Assembly (NCBI GenBank): GCA_963762255.1
Contig: CAVXKA010000001.1
Coordinates: forward strand, 192,001 to 256,000
Length of the DNA: 64,000 nucleotides
DNA from: Candidatus Eiseniibacteriota bacterium
GTDB taxonomy: Bacteria; Eisenbacteria; RBG-16-71-46; JABDJR01
Direction: 5' to 3'
In this document: one piece after another, positions 63,147-64,000 of the stretch
How positions within the stretch are numbered: position 1 is the stretch's first letter
Layout: each line of letters begins with the position of its first letter
Position numbers and translations under genes: made by a program
The notes under the pieces: model-generated
The model's input: only the letters and a program-made list of their open reading frames with translations
What the model was told of the DNA's origin: nothing
Database searches by the model: none

Positions 63147-64000
63147 CTAGGGCAGGAGCAGCATTCTGCGCGTCGCGGTCTGGCCGCCCACGTTCAGGTT
63201 GTAGAAGTAGATGCCGGGCGTGGCCGGCCGGCCGCCGTCGTCACGTCCGTCCCACTGCACGATCTGAATGCCTTCATCGACGTTACGGTCAAGAAGACCC
63301 CGGACCCGGCGGCCCGTTACGTCGAAGATATCGAGCACCGCGCGTCCGGCGCGCGACGCGCGGAATTCGATCGTGGTGCGCGGGCTGAAGGGATTCGGGT
63401 AGTTCTGAGCGAGATGAATGGTGACCGCGGGCTTCGGCGCGTCCCCCGGCACTCCGGTGGTGATGTCGGTGCAGTAGTTCCAGATCCCCACCGGAGGCAT
63501 CACCGGATTCGCGACGGAGTAGACGAGGTCATCGAGGTAGACGGACCGGTTCGGATCCCCCGTGCACTCGTACGTGTCGTTGATCAGGTACTTGTACCCC
63601 AGGCTCAACCCGGTGGAATCGGGGAAGACGACCGCCACCGTGTAGGTGTGGTCGCTCCCGGTCGCATCCGGCGAGACGCCGTCGTCGAACATGGCGGTGA
63701 GCGAGGGGACGCTGAAGTCGAGCGGCAGCCGGTCGCCGTTCACCCCCACCGACGTGATCGGACCGCCGAACCAGTAGTCGGTGTCCACGCGGAAGATGAC
63801 CTTGATGGCCTTGTCGGTGACCGAGCACCGGTCGATGCCGCGGGCGGGCAGTTCGAGCGGCCCCAGGGCGCCGCCTACCGTGTCGAAGGCTGCGTCGTTG
63901 AGGTAGACGTCGCGGTTCGACTGCCCGAGGCACTCGTACGCGCTGTTGAAGGTGAACTTGTAGTACACGGTCTTGTACGTCCCCACCGGGAAGCGCACCC
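63147..64000 (-). CDS. 3' part of a secreted protein with repeated CBM20/choice-of-anchor-X-like modules and a FlgD-Ig/T9SS-like tail
   Basis: Repeated YKF/YKY...YEC...NR-x-VYL units, MFDDGVSPDATGSDHTYTV, and tail LAQNYPNPF...WDGRDD...GIYFY...RRMLLL. Confidence 0.75.
   Translation of the reverse strand, partial: VRFPVGTYKTVYYKFTFNSAYECLGQSNRDVYLNDAAFDTVGGALGPLELPARGIDRCSVTDKAIKVIFRVDTDYWFGGPITSVGVNGDRLPLDFSVPSLTAMFDDGVSPDATGSDHTYTVAVVFPDSTGLSLGYKYLINDTYECTGDPNRSVYLDDLVYSVANPVMPPVGIWNYCTDITTGVPGDAPKPAVTIHLAQNYPNPFSPRTTIEFRASRAGRAVLDIFDVTGRRVRGLLDRNVDEGIQIVQWDGRDDGGRPATPGIYFYNLNVGGQTATRRMLLLP

Overview
High-GC bacterial chromosomal segment, almost entirely protein-coding. Secreted proteins with FlgD-Ig/T9SS-like tails and the def-fmt-rsmB-PASTA-rpe order suggest an FCB-associated candidate lineage such as Eisenbacteria/Krumholzibacteriota (inference only). 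Housekeeping content: trpS, panD, aceE-aceF-lpdA, and ruvB-queA-tgt-yajC-def-fmt-rsmB-PASTA-rpe. Accessory content: a four-gene chaperone-usher-like pilus operon, a two-subunit RND system, two S9 peptidases, a class A PBP, a GH38-like protein, a PLP decarboxylase, a redox cluster and a sigma54-linked signalling locus. Main observations: (1) a modular, hairpin-rich intergenic element occurs compact at 45582-45861 and split around a complete 2.3 kb lipoprotein gene at ~634-3410, resembling empty and filled states of a cassette, with a covarying palindrome at a third site near 29870; (2) a secreted thioredoxin-TPR protein missed by the ORF track has an in-frame TGA in a W-U-S-S-C motif plus a SECIS-like hairpin; (3) a sigma54 activator and a PP2C phosphatase carry paralogous helix-GAF input modules. 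Three genes carry +1 frameshifts that look like sequencing errors. No rRNA, tRNA, CRISPR array, transposase or integrase was recognised.
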